Assembly (NCBI GenBank): GCA_050261135.1
Contig: JBLNCZ010000015.1
Coordinates: 16,941-80,940 of the forward strand
Origin: Bacillota bacterium
GTDB taxonomy: Bacteria > Pseudomonadota > Alphaproteobacteria > Sphingomonadales > Sphingomonadaceae
Reading direction: 5' to 3'
Length of the DNA: 64,000 nucleotides
The notes below the pieces were generated by a model. It saw only the letters and a list, made by a program, of their open reading frames with translations. It had not been told where the DNA came from and did not search any database. The position numbers were made by a program, and so were the translations under genes. Of this stretch, positions 29,894 to 39,104 are shown one piece after another. Numbering within the stretch: the stretch's first letter is position 1; each line of letters opens with the position of its first letter.

Positions 29894-31135
29894 ATGTTGT
29901 TCCTGGCTCTTTTAATGCTCTCGGCAAGCGCTGCCGCCCCGCCTGCGCAAGCGTCCGAGAAGCCGTTCATGACCGCGGCGCCGATCGACAGCGGCCAGGT
30001 CACGGATGAAGGCTCGGTCTGGTTCAAGACCTGGGACGAGGATGTGCGCTTCATCCTGCCGGCCGGAAATGCGGATGAGTCCGACAGGCTGTTCGACATC
30101 CTGAAGATGTCGAACGAAAGCGGCCGATCGGTCACGATCACCTTCGATCCTTACACCGCCCGCCTGGCGCCCGACGGCTCGACGCTCGACCTTCAAATCT
30201 GCTCGGTACGGCTCGAGGAACAATCGTTCACGACCAAGCGAAGTTGCACGCCAAGGCACGTGAGCAACCGGCAGCTTGCTGCCGCCCCGGTCGAGGCGGT
30301 CGCGCTGGGTTGGGCAGAGGTTCGGATCGGGGAGGAGGCGGCGGCGATAAGGCATCTCACGCTTGCGCTTTCGGCAAAGGGGCTGACCAAGCCGGTCGAA
30401 ACGATCGCCCGCCGTACCCGGGCGACTGCGAACGACGAGGCCGCATCGGATGAAGTCACCGCCGGGCACGATGCCGATCGCTTCTGGGCTGCCGCGCTCG
30501 CCGACAACGAAAAACTCGCGGCCCTGCGGCCGGACGATGTCGACGCGCGGATCTCCGAGGGACTCGATTACGAGCATCTCGGTGACTATGCGGCCGCCGA
30601 GAAAGTCTATCGCGCTGCGTTGGAACAATGGCCTGACGAGAAGTTTCGGCTGACCATCCGCCTCGCCGCAATGGCGCGAACCAAGGGCGATTATGAACGT
30701 TCGCTCGATCTGCTGAACAGCCTGCCGCAGGAGTTTGCCGACCAGCTCGGCATGAAATTCTACTATCATCGCGGCTGGACGCTCACCAAGCTCGGCCGTT
30801 TTGACGAAGCTATCCTGGACTTCACGGAAGGGCTGAAAACCCAGCCGGATTACCCCTGGGCGTTTATCCGCCGTGCCTGCGCTTATGCGGGCGCCGGTCG
30901 CCTCGATTATGCCGTCAGCGACCTTGAAACTGCGGCCGGATTCCTGGACGAGCTGTCGTTCGCGCATTCCGGCGATGAAACGCATGCTGTGCTCGACGTG
31001 GCGAGACGAACGATCGCCAATCTTCAGGCGGCGATTGCCGAAGGCAAAAGCACGAACATGCCCGATGCGTGCGACGGCTTCTCGCGGTTCGACGAAAAGC
31101 TTCGCCAGCCCAGTCCATTGCTGGCAGCGAAATAG
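29894..31135 (+). CDS. Secreted tetratricopeptide-repeat protein, hypothetical
   Basis: ORF 29870..31135 trimmed to ATG 29894 (GGAGA Shine-Dalgarno). Signal peptide MLFLALLMLSASAAAPPAQA. The C-terminal half has TPR-like repeats (YEHLGDYAAAEKVYRAALEQWPD, YYHRGWTLTKLGRFDEAILDFTEGLKTQPDY). GC is lower than the surroundings: hand counts of two 60-nt lines gave 53% and 58%. Confidence 0.8.
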   Translation: MLFLALLMLSASAAAPPAQASEKPFMTAAPIDSGQVTDEGSVWFKTWDEDVRFILPAGNADESDRLFDILKMSNESGRSVTITFDPYTARLAPDGSTLDLQICSVRLEEQSFTTKRSCTPRHVSNRQLAAAPVEAVALGWAEVRIGEEAAAIRHLTLALSAKGLTKPVETIARRTRATANDEAASDEVTAGHDADRFWAAALADNEKLAALRPDDVDARISEGLDYEHLGDYAAAEKVYRAALEQWPDEKFRLTIRLAAMARTKGDYERSLDLLNSLPQEFADQLGMKFYYHRGWTLTKLGRFDEAILDFTEGLKTQPDYPWAFIRRACAYAGAGRLDYAVSDLETAAGFLDELSFAHSGDETHAVLDVARRTIANLQAAIAEGKSTNMPDACDGFSRFDEKLRQPSPLLAAK

Positions 31136-31141
31136 CGGCGC

Positions 31142-31576
31142 CTACTGGACGCCCAGCCTTTCCTCCCACTGCGCGCCTTCGGCGAGCGAGATGGAGTCGA
31201 GGACGGCGGTGCTCTGGTCGCGCAGGATCGAAAATGCGCGTCGGATCGCGCACGTCGCCTCGTCATGACAATCGCCGCACGGCGCGTAGAAATTGACGCT
31301 GGCGCAGGAGACCAGCGCGATCGGTCCTTCCATCGTGCGCACGATCTCACCGAAGGAAATCTGCTCCGGCGGCCGGGCGAGCTTGTAGCCGCCCTTCGGC
31401 CCGCGCGCGCTCTTCACCAGCCCGGCCTTCTTGAGGTCGAGCATGATCAGCTCGAGATATTTGGGCGGCACCCGCTGCGTTTCGGCGATGCGCGCGAGCT
31501 GCACCGGCGCGCCGCCCTGCTCCTCGGCAAGGAAGAGGAGCGAACGCAGCGCGTAGCGGGTCTTCTGGGCGATCAT
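31142..31576 (-). CDS. Rrf2 family transcriptional regulator with a four-Cys cluster
   Basis: ORF 31142..31642 trimmed to ATG 31576. Reads MIAQKTRYALRSLLFLAEEQGG...PPKYLELIMLDLKKAGLVKSARGPKGGYKLA, then SCASVNFYAPCGDCHDEATC. Confidence 0.9.
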   Translation of the reverse strand: MIAQKTRYALRSLLFLAEEQGGAPVQLARIAETQRVPPKYLELIMLDLKKAGLVKSARGPKGGYKLARPPEQISFGEIVRTMEGPIALVSCASVNFYAPCGDCHDEATCAIRRAFSILRDQSTAVLDSISLAEGAQWEERLGVQ

Positions 31577-31736
31577 CGGCGCGCAAACCCTAGCGCGACG
31601 CTCGGCAAGAGGCAAAGCCGTGCCGGGGAGCGCGATGAACAAGCTTTAATCGCGGTGAAACGCGGCTGAGACCTCGCTCCCCCTAGCTCCCGCCGCGGCT
31701 CAAGTCCGAGCTCAATTCCAATGGAGTGACACCAAG

Positions 31737-31904
31737 ATGAAACGCAGCCTCATCGCTTCTTTCGCCGTGCTCGGCATGCTTGCCGCGCCGGCCGTCGCCG
31801 CCCCTGCCGCGAAGGCCGCCACCAGCGCGAGCCAGCCGACGAAGCCGACCAAGCCCGCCAAGTCGGTGAAGAAGGCGGCAAAGCCGGCCCCGAAGAGCAA
31901 CTAA
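31737..31904 (+). CDS. Small secreted Lys/Ala/Pro-rich protein (55 aa)
   Basis: Below the ORF-track size cutoff and translated by hand: MKRSLIASFAVLGMLAAPAVAAPAAKAATSASQPTKPTKPAKSVKKAAKPAPKSN. GGAG lies 10 nt upstream, codon use is high-GC3, and a stem-loop terminator follows. Confidence 0.55.
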   Translation: MKRSLIASFAVLGMLAAPAVAAPAAKAATSASQPTKPTKPAKSVKKAAKPAPKSN

Positions 31905-31926
31905 TCGCGGCCTTCCCGTTCAAGCA

Positions 31927-31968
31927 GCGCCCGGCGGAGCACCTGCTCGCGCCGGGCGCGTCCGTTTC
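31927..31968 (+). terminator. Stem-loop terminator candidate
   Basis: GCGCCCGGCG (31927-31936) / CGCCGGGCGC (31950-31959) forms a perfect 10-bp stem with a 13-nt loop, followed by GTCCGTTTCG. Confidence 0.5.
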
Positions 31969-32066
31969 GATGAACGGCATTTAACCTTGCTTCCACCGGG
32001 CTGAGATTTGCCCCCCGATACAGCCCCATCGCCGGCAACCCGCGCCGGTGACGAGGAGAAAAGTCC

Positions 32067-32375
32067 ATGAACAAACTGATTAGCTCGGTCGCGGCGCTGG
32101 CGATCATCGCCACCCCGGCCATGGCGACGGCGAAAACCACGCCGTCGACCAAGACCGTGACGACCAAGTCGGGCGACACCAAGGCGACGACGACCGTCTC
32201 GACCAAGGGCAACACGACGGTCGCCAAGACGACCGTGACGAAGACCTCCGGCAAGACGAAGCATCACGCGAAGAAGAGCCGCCATCACGCGAAGAAGTCC
32301 TCGACCAAGGCGTCCTCGACCAAGAAGATGGCCTCGGCGAGCAAGACTGCGGCCCCTGCCAAGAAGACCAAGTAA
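32067..32375 (+). CDS. Periplasmic Thr/Lys/His-rich low-complexity protein, acid-shock-protein (Asr)-like
   Basis: ORF 32067..32375, 102 aa. Signal peptide MNKLISSVAALAIIATPAMATA, then T/K-rich repeats and KHHAKKSRHHAKK. Composition and architecture resemble E. coli Asr as I recall it. GAGGAGA Shine-Dalgarno upstream and a terminator downstream. Confidence 0.7.
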   Translation: MNKLISSVAALAIIATPAMATAKTTPSTKTVTTKSGDTKATTTVSTKGNTTVAKTTVTKTSGKTKHHAKKSRHHAKKSSTKASSTKKMASASKTAAPAKKTK

Positions 32376-32385
32376 GCTGGAGCGA

Positions 32386-32431
32386 TTCCGTACGGCGCTG
32401 CGGGTCGACTCCCTCCCAGCGCCGTACGGAA
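32386..32431 (+). terminator. Stem-loop terminator candidate
   Basis: Perfect 15-bp stem TTCCGTACGGCGCTG (32386-32400) / CAGCGCCGTACGGAA (32417-32431) with a 16-nt loop. The downstream U-tract is weak (GCTCTTCC). Confidence 0.55.
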
Positions 32432-32471
32432 GCTCTTCCATGCTACAGACGACGATGGGAGTTGAACGGCG

Positions 32472-33155
32472 ATGGGTCGCAAAATCCTGCTGGTCGAGGA
32501 CGATCGCGAGACCGCGTCCTATCTCGCCAAGGGGCTGAGCCAGGAAGGTCATAGCGTCGAGCAGGCGACGAACGGGCAGGACGGCCTGTTCCGCGCCACC
32601 GACGGCAGCTTCGACCTCATCATCCTGGACCGCATGCTTCCGGTCCTCGACGGGATCTCGGTCCTTCGCGCGCTCCGGGCAGCGAAGATCGAGACGCCGG
32701 TCCTCATCCTCTCCGCCCTGGCGTCCGTGGGCGACCGCATCGAGGGGCTCGAGTGCGGCTCGGACGATTATCTGGTGAAGCCATTTTCCTTCGCCGAGCT
32801 GCTGGCGCGCGTGAACGCGCTGCTGCGGCGGCGCGAGGCGCGGGTCAGCCCCGCCGACCACCGGCTCACCGTCGGCGACCTCGAGATCGACCCGCTCTCG
32901 CGCACGGTGAAGCGCGCGGGCAGGAAGCTCGACCTCAAGCCGCGCGAATATCTGCTGCTCGAATATTTCGCCCGCAACGAGGGGCGGGTCGTCACCCGCA
33001 CCATGCTGCTCGAGCAGGTGTGGGATTATCATTTCGACCCGGGGACGAATGTCATCGACGTCCATGTGAGCCGGCTCCGCCGCAAGCTCGACGAAGGGTT
33101 CGAGAAGCCGCTGCTGCACACGGTGAGGGGCGCGGGCTACATGCTCGCGGCCTGA
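32472..33155 (+). CDS. OmpR/PhoB-family two-component response regulator
   Basis: ORF 32472..33155. Receiver domain (ILLVEDD, DLIILDRMLP) plus a winged-helix output domain (LKPREYLLLEYFARNEG, IDVHVSRLRRKL). Confidence 0.94.
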   Translation: MGRKILLVEDDRETASYLAKGLSQEGHSVEQATNGQDGLFRATDGSFDLIILDRMLPVLDGISVLRALRAAKIETPVLILSALASVGDRIEGLECGSDDYLVKPFSFAELLARVNALLRRREARVSPADHRLTVGDLEIDPLSRTVKRAGRKLDLKPREYLLLEYFARNEGRVVTRTMLLEQVWDYHFDPGTNVIDVHVSRLRRKLDEGFEKPLLHTVRGAGYMLAA

Positions 33156-33172
33156 GCGCGTACAAACCTTTC

Positions 33173-34534
33173 GTGCCCACGACGCTTCGCATCGCCCTGC
33201 TCGCAGGACTGCTTGCGCTGCTGTCCAACCTCGCCGTCATCGGCTTCATCTACGGCCGCACCCACGACGAGGCGGTGGCGAGCCTGCATCGCCAGGTGAC
33301 CGAGCAGGCGAAGGTGCTGACCGACGTCTATCGCACTGGGGGCAAGAAGGCGTTGGTGGAAGCGATCGACGACACGCTCGCCTATGCCGACCCGCAAACC
33401 GCGGTGGCGCTGGTCGACTCGCGCGGCCACGAGGTCGAGGGCAATATCGCGCAGGCTCCGGCGGTGCAGTCGCTGCAGGAGGGCTACCGGAGCGCGGTGA
33501 TCCGGCTTCGCGGCCAGCCGAGCCCGCACCAGGCGCAGATCGTCGTCAACCGCATCCAGTCCGGCGAGTGGCTGGTCAGCGGGCGCCTGGTCGGCGAGGG
33601 GCTGGCGTTCCGCGCGACGCTCGAACGCTCCCTGCTGCTTGCGCTGATCGTCGCGGGGCTGCTCGGCCTCTTCTGCGGCGTCATCCTCGCCCATTATGTC
33701 GCGCGGCGGATCGGCAATATCGCCGCCGTCGCCAACCGCATCAGCGCGCGCGACCTCAGCCAGCGGGTGCCGGTGTCCGGCGCCGGAGATTCCTTCGACC
33801 GCCTCGGCATGCAGATCAACGCGATGCTCGACCGCATCAGCACGCTGATGGAGGAGCTTCGAATCCTCACCGATTCGCTCGCGCACGACCTGCGATCGCC
33901 TGCCAGCCGGCTTCGGGCCGCCGCCCATGCCGCCGCCGAGGCGAGCGACCCCGCCGAGCAGGAGGAGCTGCTCGGCAATGTCGTGCGCAACGCCGATGCG
34001 CTGATCCGCATCCTCACCACCGTGCTCGAGATCAGCCGCTCCGAAGCGCTGACGGGGCGCAACCAGTTCGCCTGGTTCGACGTCGGCGAGCTCGCGGGCG
34101 AGCTTGCCGAAATGTACGACCCGCTCGCCGACGAGCGAGGGGCAACGCTCCGCCTCCGCCGTCCCGACCGGCCGGTGCCCCTGTTCGGCCATCGCCAGCT
34201 TCTCGCCCAGGCACTCAGCAACCTGCTCGAGAATGCGATCCGCTACGGGTCCAGCGGGGGTGAGATCGACGTGCGGGTAAAGCCCGGCGAGAAGGAGATC
34301 CGGATCGAGGTCGCAGACCGCGGGCCGGGCATTCCGAGGGAGCGGCGCGAAGAGGCCCTGCGCCGCTTCGGGCGCCTCGATTCCAGCCGCTCGGACGAGG
34401 GCGCGGGGCTGGGCCTCGCGCTCGCCCGCTCGATCGCGCATCTCCACGAGGGTGAGCTGGTGCTCGACGACAACCGGCCGGGGCTGCTCACCACCGTGCG
34501 GCTGCCCGTCCATCCGCCTCAGCTGCCGCGCTGA
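33173..34534 (+). CDS. Two-component sensor histidine kinase (2 TM, HAMP, HisKA, HATPase)
   Basis: Frame of ORF 32753..34534; the first plausible start after the regulator stop is GTG 33173. TM1 is LRIALLAGLLALLSNLAVIGFIY. H-box SLAHDLRSPASRL, N-box LLENAIRYG and G-boxes DRGPGIP / GAGLGLALARSI are present. The start codon is uncertain. Confidence 0.88.
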   Translation: MPTTLRIALLAGLLALLSNLAVIGFIYGRTHDEAVASLHRQVTEQAKVLTDVYRTGGKKALVEAIDDTLAYADPQTAVALVDSRGHEVEGNIAQAPAVQSLQEGYRSAVIRLRGQPSPHQAQIVVNRIQSGEWLVSGRLVGEGLAFRATLERSLLLALIVAGLLGLFCGVILAHYVARRIGNIAAVANRISARDLSQRVPVSGAGDSFDRLGMQINAMLDRISTLMEELRILTDSLAHDLRSPASRLRAAAHAAAEASDPAEQEELLGNVVRNADALIRILTTVLEISRSEALTGRNQFAWFDVGELAGELAEMYDPLADERGATLRLRRPDRPVPLFGHRQLLAQALSNLLENAIRYGSSGGEIDVRVKPGEKEIRIEVADRGPGIPRERREEALRRFGRLDSSRSDEGAGLGLALARSIAHLHEGELVLDDNRPGLLTTVRLPVHPPQLPR

Positions 34535-34641
34535 ACGCACCCGCCGCTGCGGCGAGCGCGCATCCGAACCGCGCTGCCGTTCGTTTACCCGGCATGGCCC
34601 CACGGCCTCGATACGACAGGCGAGAAAAAGGAGATCTGGAC

Positions 34642-35265
34642 ATGGCGCACGGCTATCTGGGTGACGGCTACGGAATCCACGGCGACAGCGACGAGCGCGG
34701 CGACGAGCGCGACCGCAGCTGGCGCGACCGCGACTCGCGTGAGCGCGGCGAGCATTGGCGCGACCGCGATCGCGAGCGTGACCGCGGAATGTTCAGCGGG
34801 CGCGAGCGCGGCTGGTCCGATGAGGACCGCTGGAGCGAGCGCGGCTATGGCCGCCAGCAGGACTTCGGCGGCTTCCGGGGCGACTATGACCGCGGACGCG
34901 AGCAGGGCGGCTTCAGCGGCTCGGGCGAATATCGCGAAGGCCGCCGCAGCTTCAGCGCTCACCCCGACGACCATTATCGCAGCTGGCGCGAACGCCACAT
35001 GAGCGAGCTGGACCGCGATTATGAGGATTATTGCCGCGAGCGCGAGCAGCGCTTCCACCAGGACTTCGACAGCTGGCGGCAGCAGCGGCATGCGAACTAC
35101 CAGCCGCTGCGCACCGGCATGACCAACAGCGGCATGTCGCACGACCCCGAAGGCGGGGTCCAGGTCGCGACCGAGGGACTGGCCGACGAGACCAACGGCG
35201 ATCCGATGGGCGACGCGACGCTCGGCACCAACAGCAGCGCGAGCACCCGCCGCGGCCGCGGCTGA
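34642..35265 (+). CDS. Arg/Asp/Glu/Gly-rich intrinsically disordered protein (hydrophilin-like)
   Basis: ORF 34594..35265 trimmed to ATG 34642 (AAGGAG 8 nt upstream). Contains RDRD/RERD runs and a conserved-looking HYRSWRERHMSELDRDYEDYCREREQRFHQDFDSWRQQR block. Codon use is high-GC3 in this frame, and a strong terminator follows. Confidence 0.75.
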   Translation: MAHGYLGDGYGIHGDSDERGDERDRSWRDRDSRERGEHWRDRDRERDRGMFSGRERGWSDEDRWSERGYGRQQDFGGFRGDYDRGREQGGFSGSGEYREGRRSFSAHPDDHYRSWRERHMSELDRDYEDYCREREQRFHQDFDSWRQQRHANYQPLRTGMTNSGMSHDPEGGVQVATEGLADETNGDPMGDATLGTNSSASTRRGRG

Positions 35266-35280
35266 GTTCGACCATAAGAC

Positions 35281-35318
35281 GGGCGCGGCCGGAGCGAATC
35301 CGCCGCGCCCCTTTTCTT
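35281..35318 (+). terminator. Rho-independent terminator
   Basis: GGGCGCGGC (35281-35289) / GCCGCGCCC (35302-35310) forms a perfect 9-bp stem, followed by CTTTTCTT. It lies between convergent genes. Confidence 0.7.
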
Positions 35319-35895
35319 AGCCTTCGATCACCACCTTCGTGCCGATCTTCGTCAGTCCGTAGAGCTTCTCAGCGAACTTGTTCGGCAGGTGGATGCAGCC
35401 GTGGCTCTCAGGGTAGCCGGGAGTCCCGCCGCCGTGCAGCGCGATCCCATATTCGTCGATCCGCTCCATCCACGGCATCGGCGCATTGTCGTACTTCTTG
35501 GACCGGTAGAAAGGCCGCTTCTCGAGGATCTTCCACTCGCCGAGCGGGGTGATGTGGCCCTGCCTTGCTGTCGAGACGGTGGCGACGCCGATCAGCTTGT
35601 CGCCCTTGTAGACATAGCCCATCTGCGTCAGCCGATCGATGATCACGCGGGTCTCGCCCTCGCTCGGGATCGAGCTCACCCACATATATTGCCCGGGCTT
35701 GAGGCCGACCTTGCCGAAGGTCGCGACCATGTCCTTGTGCGCCTGCGGCGCGTTGCCGAGCGTCCACAGATAGGGAAGCCCGGAAACCGGCGCCGGCGGC
35801 GGCGCCTCGGCGAGCTGGGGCTTGGGCGAGGTCGAGCAGCCTGCGAGCAAGGCGGCCGCGGCTGCGATGAGGGTGAATCCGGCTGCGCGTGTCAT
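35317..35895 (-). CDS. L,D-transpeptidase (YkuD domain) lipoprotein
   Basis: ORF 35317..35895. Lipobox LLAGC and catalytic motif HGGGTPGYPESHGCIHL. Confidence 0.9.
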   Translation of the reverse strand: MTRAAGFTLIAAAAALLAGCSTSPKPQLAEAPPPAPVSGLPYLWTLGNAPQAHKDMVATFGKVGLKPGQYMWVSSIPSEGETRVIIDRLTQMGYVYKGDKLIGVATVSTARQGHITPLGEWKILEKRPFYRSKKYDNAPMPWMERIDEYGIALHGGGTPGYPESHGCIHLPNKFAEKLYGLTKIGTKVVIEG

Positions 35896-35963
35896 CGTCC
35901 AGTGAAACAGCCAAGCTCGGGGCGCGAGTCAATGGACCGGTAAACAGCCGGTTAGCCGTTAAC

Positions 35964-36533
35964 TCACTGCATCGTGTGGAAGTTCAGGAATGCGAGCAGC
36001 GCGAGGTTCGCGAGGAACAGGACCACGATCGCGCCGTGAACTTTCCCGCTGCGGCTCTTGAACGCGACAAGCATGAGGAGGGTGCGGACGAGCACGGAGA
36101 CGAAATAGGGCCAGCCGAGGCCCGTGAGATGCTGCCAGCCCTTCACCGCGGAATCCACGAAGTCGAGCAGGCTGAAAGCCAGCAGCAGGCCGAACAGCCA
36201 CCGCCGACGAGAGAAATAATAGGCCCGGTAATCGGCATAGCCGCCAAGGCTGCGCGGCACGAGCACCGCGCAGATGACGTAGAGAAGGACCGCGAAGTAG
36301 AGGACGAAGAGGTAAAGCTCGAACGTCCAGCGTGACACGCGCGAGAGGCCGAACTCCCACCACCACCAGAACAAGGCGTTGTGGAACATGAGCGCGATCC
36401 ACAACAGGTGCACCCAATAGAGCTTCCCGCGCTCCGGCTCCTGGACCATCCTCGCCACGCCCTGGAGGAGGTGCGCGACCGCAAGGCCCACGATCACCGA
36501 CGCGAGCACCATCACATAATTGAAGAAATCCAT
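35964..36533 (-). CDS. Polytopic inner-membrane protein, unknown function
   Basis: C-terminal part of ORF 35964..38048, trimmed to ATG 36533 (MDFFNYVMVLASVIVGLAVAHLL...). About six hydrophobic segments with Trp-rich loops. Confidence 0.7.
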   Translation of the reverse strand: MDFFNYVMVLASVIVGLAVAHLLQGVARMVQEPERGKLYWVHLLWIALMFHNALFWWWWEFGLSRVSRWTFELYLFVLYFAVLLYVICAVLVPRSLGGYADYRAYYFSRRRWLFGLLLAFSLLDFVDSAVKGWQHLTGLGWPYFVSVLVRTLLMLVAFKSRSGKVHGAIVVLFLANLALLAFLNFHTMQ

Positions 36534-36586
36534 GGCCCCGCCCCCGGGCGCGGAGACTAGCCGGCGCTGCGCACGCGGCAACCCGA

Positions 36587-38086
36587 TTAGTGCGGCTTCA
36601 GGCTGCTCGACGGGCTCCACGACGGCGGGCGCGGCTGGTTCGCGACGCGCTCGACCAGCTTGTAGAAGAAGCGGTTGAAATCGGTCGCCGCCTTGAAGTC
36701 CATCGGCTGCTTCAGGTCGTCCTGCGGCTTGTGATAGCCGGTCCGGTACCACTGGCGGTAGATCTGCTCGCTTCGCGAGCCGGGGCGGTAGCCGAACACG
36801 AACGCCGTCGCCGGAATGCCCGCCTGGATGAACGGCCACTGGTCCGAACGCTGGAGCAGGTTGCGCTCGGGCTCCGGATCGCGCTGCACTTCGATGCCGA
36901 GGCTGTGCGCGACGACGCGCGCGTCGCCGCCGAGGCTGGTGTCGTCGAGCGCGTGGACGGTCAGCAGCTCCAGCGGGAAGATCGGGCGCAGCTGGTCGAG
37001 GTTGATGTTGCCCGCGAGCCGCGCCTTCGGAACCGTCGGATGCGCGATGAACCAGCGCGAGCCGAGCAGCCCTTTTTCTTCGCCGGTCCACGCCGCGAAC
37101 AGGATCGGCCGGCGGTAGGGCTGCCCCTGCCGCCGCTCCGCAAGCCGGATGAGCAGGGCGACATAGGCGGCATCGTCGAGCGTGCCGTTGTAGATGCGGT
37201 CGCCCTTCACCGGCTCGCCATAGCCGTAGCCGTCGAGGTGCGCGGAAAGGACGATCGCCTGGTCCGCCGCCTTCAGGTCGCTGCCCGGCATCCAGGCGAG
37301 CACGTTCGGCGAGCTGATCTCGCGCTGCTTCAGCGTGAACTGCGCGCGGAAGTGCGCGGGGATCGCGAAGCTCGGAAGGGGCCGGCCGTCGCTTCCGGCC
37401 GCGATCAGCGCCGCCGCGCTGCGCCGAGTGCCGGCGAGAAGCTTGCCGAGCGACGCCGCGTTGAGCGTCATCCGCAGGAACGGATCGGGCCTGGCCGGCT
37501 CGGTCGCGAGGGTGACCGTGCGCGCATAAGCATAGGGCCAGCGCGGCGGCTCTACGGCGAAGCCGGGATCGGCGATCGTCAGCATGCCGGCGGCGCCCGC
37601 CGCGCGCACCGCCGCCTCGCGCTCGGCGGCGCTCGGGAGCCCTGCGCGATGGGTGCCGTGGCAGATCACGATCCTGCCGCGGACGTTGCCGAGCGACGCC
37701 GCGCCGCAATAGCCGCCATAGGCCAGCAATGCGTCGACTCTCGCGGGCGTGCCCGGATTCGGCGAAACGGTCAGGTCGTGGAGGAAGACGAGCGGGCGAT
37801 TGCCTGCGCTCATCCTCGCGCCCGTGACCCTGATCTCTTGCATCGGAACGTTCTGGAACCAGCTGCCGTTCTCGCCCGCCGGCTTGAGGCCCGCCGCCTG
37901 GAACTTCGCCGCGGCGAGCTTCGCGGCGCGAAGATAGGCAGCCGATCCGGTGTCGCGGCCTTCCATCGCATCGTTCGACAGCTGCGCCGTGATCGCCCAC
38001 CAGGCCGCAGTGTCGGGGTCCAGCTTCGCCGGCGCTGGGCCCGCGCACAGCAGCGCCGCGGCAGTGACCATCACCCTCTTCAGCAT
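36587..38086 (-). CDS. M28-family metallopeptidase with a PA domain, secreted
   Basis: ORF 36587..38170 trimmed to ATG 38086 (MLKRVMVTAAALLCAGPAPA). M28 motifs AHLDGYGYG, DDAAYVALLIRLA and FAAWTGEEKGLLGSRWF are present. Confidence 0.88.
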   Translation of the reverse strand: MLKRVMVTAAALLCAGPAPAKLDPDTAAWWAITAQLSNDAMEGRDTGSAAYLRAAKLAAAKFQAAGLKPAGENGSWFQNVPMQEIRVTGARMSAGNRPLVFLHDLTVSPNPGTPARVDALLAYGGYCGAASLGNVRGRIVICHGTHRAGLPSAAEREAAVRAAGAAGMLTIADPGFAVEPPRWPYAYARTVTLATEPARPDPFLRMTLNAASLGKLLAGTRRSAAALIAAGSDGRPLPSFAIPAHFRAQFTLKQREISSPNVLAWMPGSDLKAADQAIVLSAHLDGYGYGEPVKGDRIYNGTLDDAAYVALLIRLAERRQGQPYRRPILFAAWTGEEKGLLGSRWFIAHPTVPKARLAGNINLDQLRPIFPLELLTVHALDDTSLGGDARVVAHSLGIEVQRDPEPERNLLQRSDQWPFIQAGIPATAFVFGYRPGSRSEQIYRQWYRTGYHKPQDDLKQPMDFKAATDFNRFFYKLVERVANQPRPPSWSPSSSLKPH

Positions 38087-38099
38087 TGTTCGTACCTTC

Positions 38100-39104
38100 T
38101 CACCGCGCGGGTTCGGACAAAGCGGCATCGAGCATCTGCAGCCCGGTTTGCGCGCCATCCCCGAACGCATGGGCCTTCCATTCGCCGCGCGTCAGGCGGT
38201 CGAGCGCCATGAACAAAGCGAAGCCTTCCTTCTGCGACCACCATTTGCCGCGGGTTCCGAAGCCCGTCTCAGCAACCGCCGGCGCGTAGCCGCCGCCCTT
38301 CGGGTCGATGAGCCAGCGATAGCCGGCCCATTGGGCAGAGCCTTCCATCGTCAGCCAGATGTCCTCCGCGGTCGCGAGATAGGAGTCGCCGCCGGTGAAC
38401 CACCGCTCTTGCCGCTCGCGCATCAGCGCGCGTGCTTCACGGGCGAGGCGGAGCGCGTCCGAACGGCTCTTGGCGCGGGAGGATTCGAGCAGCAGGTTGG
38501 TTTCCCTGCCAACCGACGCCGCGAAGGCGGCATTGCTCGCGAAGCGCTCCTGGATGCTGTCGTCGCTGAACGATGCGGGCAGGTGGTAACGCCTGGAAAG
38601 CTCTTCCATCCGCCGCCCGTAGGTCGGGACCTGGTCCACGTGCGAGCCTTCGTGGATCAATACCGCGACCATCAGCGTGTCGAGCCCGAGGGGACCCCCG
38701 TCGACCTTGCCGGCGCGCCAGACGCTCGGCGTCGACATGACGAAGAAGCCCTTCCGGCCGTCGCTGAAGGCGAACGAGGTCACTCCTGCGGAGATGACTT
38801 CGCCGTTGGGCAGCTTGATGCGGCCGGAGTGACGCATCGCCGACCAGCGGTTGGGACCGCCCGCCAGCGCGGTGCCGCTTGCCAGCACGCAATGCGCATT
38901 GAAGATCCGCGCTTCGAAGCGGGAAGGCAGGCGAAGATGGGTGATGTTGCGCGCCGTGAAGGTCCAGGCGCGCACGGCCCTGTCGAGCCAGGCTTTGTCT
39001 GCACGGGAGAGCGCACACGAGGGCGCTGGAGTTGGCGACGGAGCGGCGGGAGTCGCGACTAGCGCGGCGAAAATGGCGGCGACGAGCAAGCGCCCGCGGC
39101 TCAT
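38100..39104 (-). CDS. Exported hypothetical protein with an HExxH zinc-metallopeptidase-like motif
   Basis: ORF 38100..39419 trimmed to ATG 39104, overlapping the guaA TGA (ATGA). Signal peptide [22 protein letters not shown]. Contains [15 protein letters not shown]. Confidence 0.75.
   Translation of the reverse strand: MSRGRLLVAAIFAALVATPAAPSPTPAPSCALSRADKAWLDRAVRAWTFTARNITHLRLPSRFEARIFNAHCVLASGTALAGGPNRWSAMRHSGRIKLPNGEVISAGVTSFAFSDGRKGFFVMSTPSVWRAGKVDGGPLGLDTLMVAVLIHEGSHVDQVPTYGRRMEELSRRYHLPASFSDDSIQERFASNAAFAASVGRETNLLLESSRAKSRSDALRLAREARALMRERQERWFTGGDSYLATAEDIWLTMEGSAQWAGYRWLIDPKGGGYAPAVAETGFGTRGKWWSQKEGFALFMALDRLTRGEWKAHAFGDGAQTGLQMLDAALSEPAR

Noticed and set aside
34560-34600. EcfG-type promoter upstream of the RD-rich protein gene (GAACC...CGTT)
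   Set aside because: The GGAAC core is incomplete (CCGAAC). Spacing to either CGTT is 8 or 12 nt rather than 16-17.
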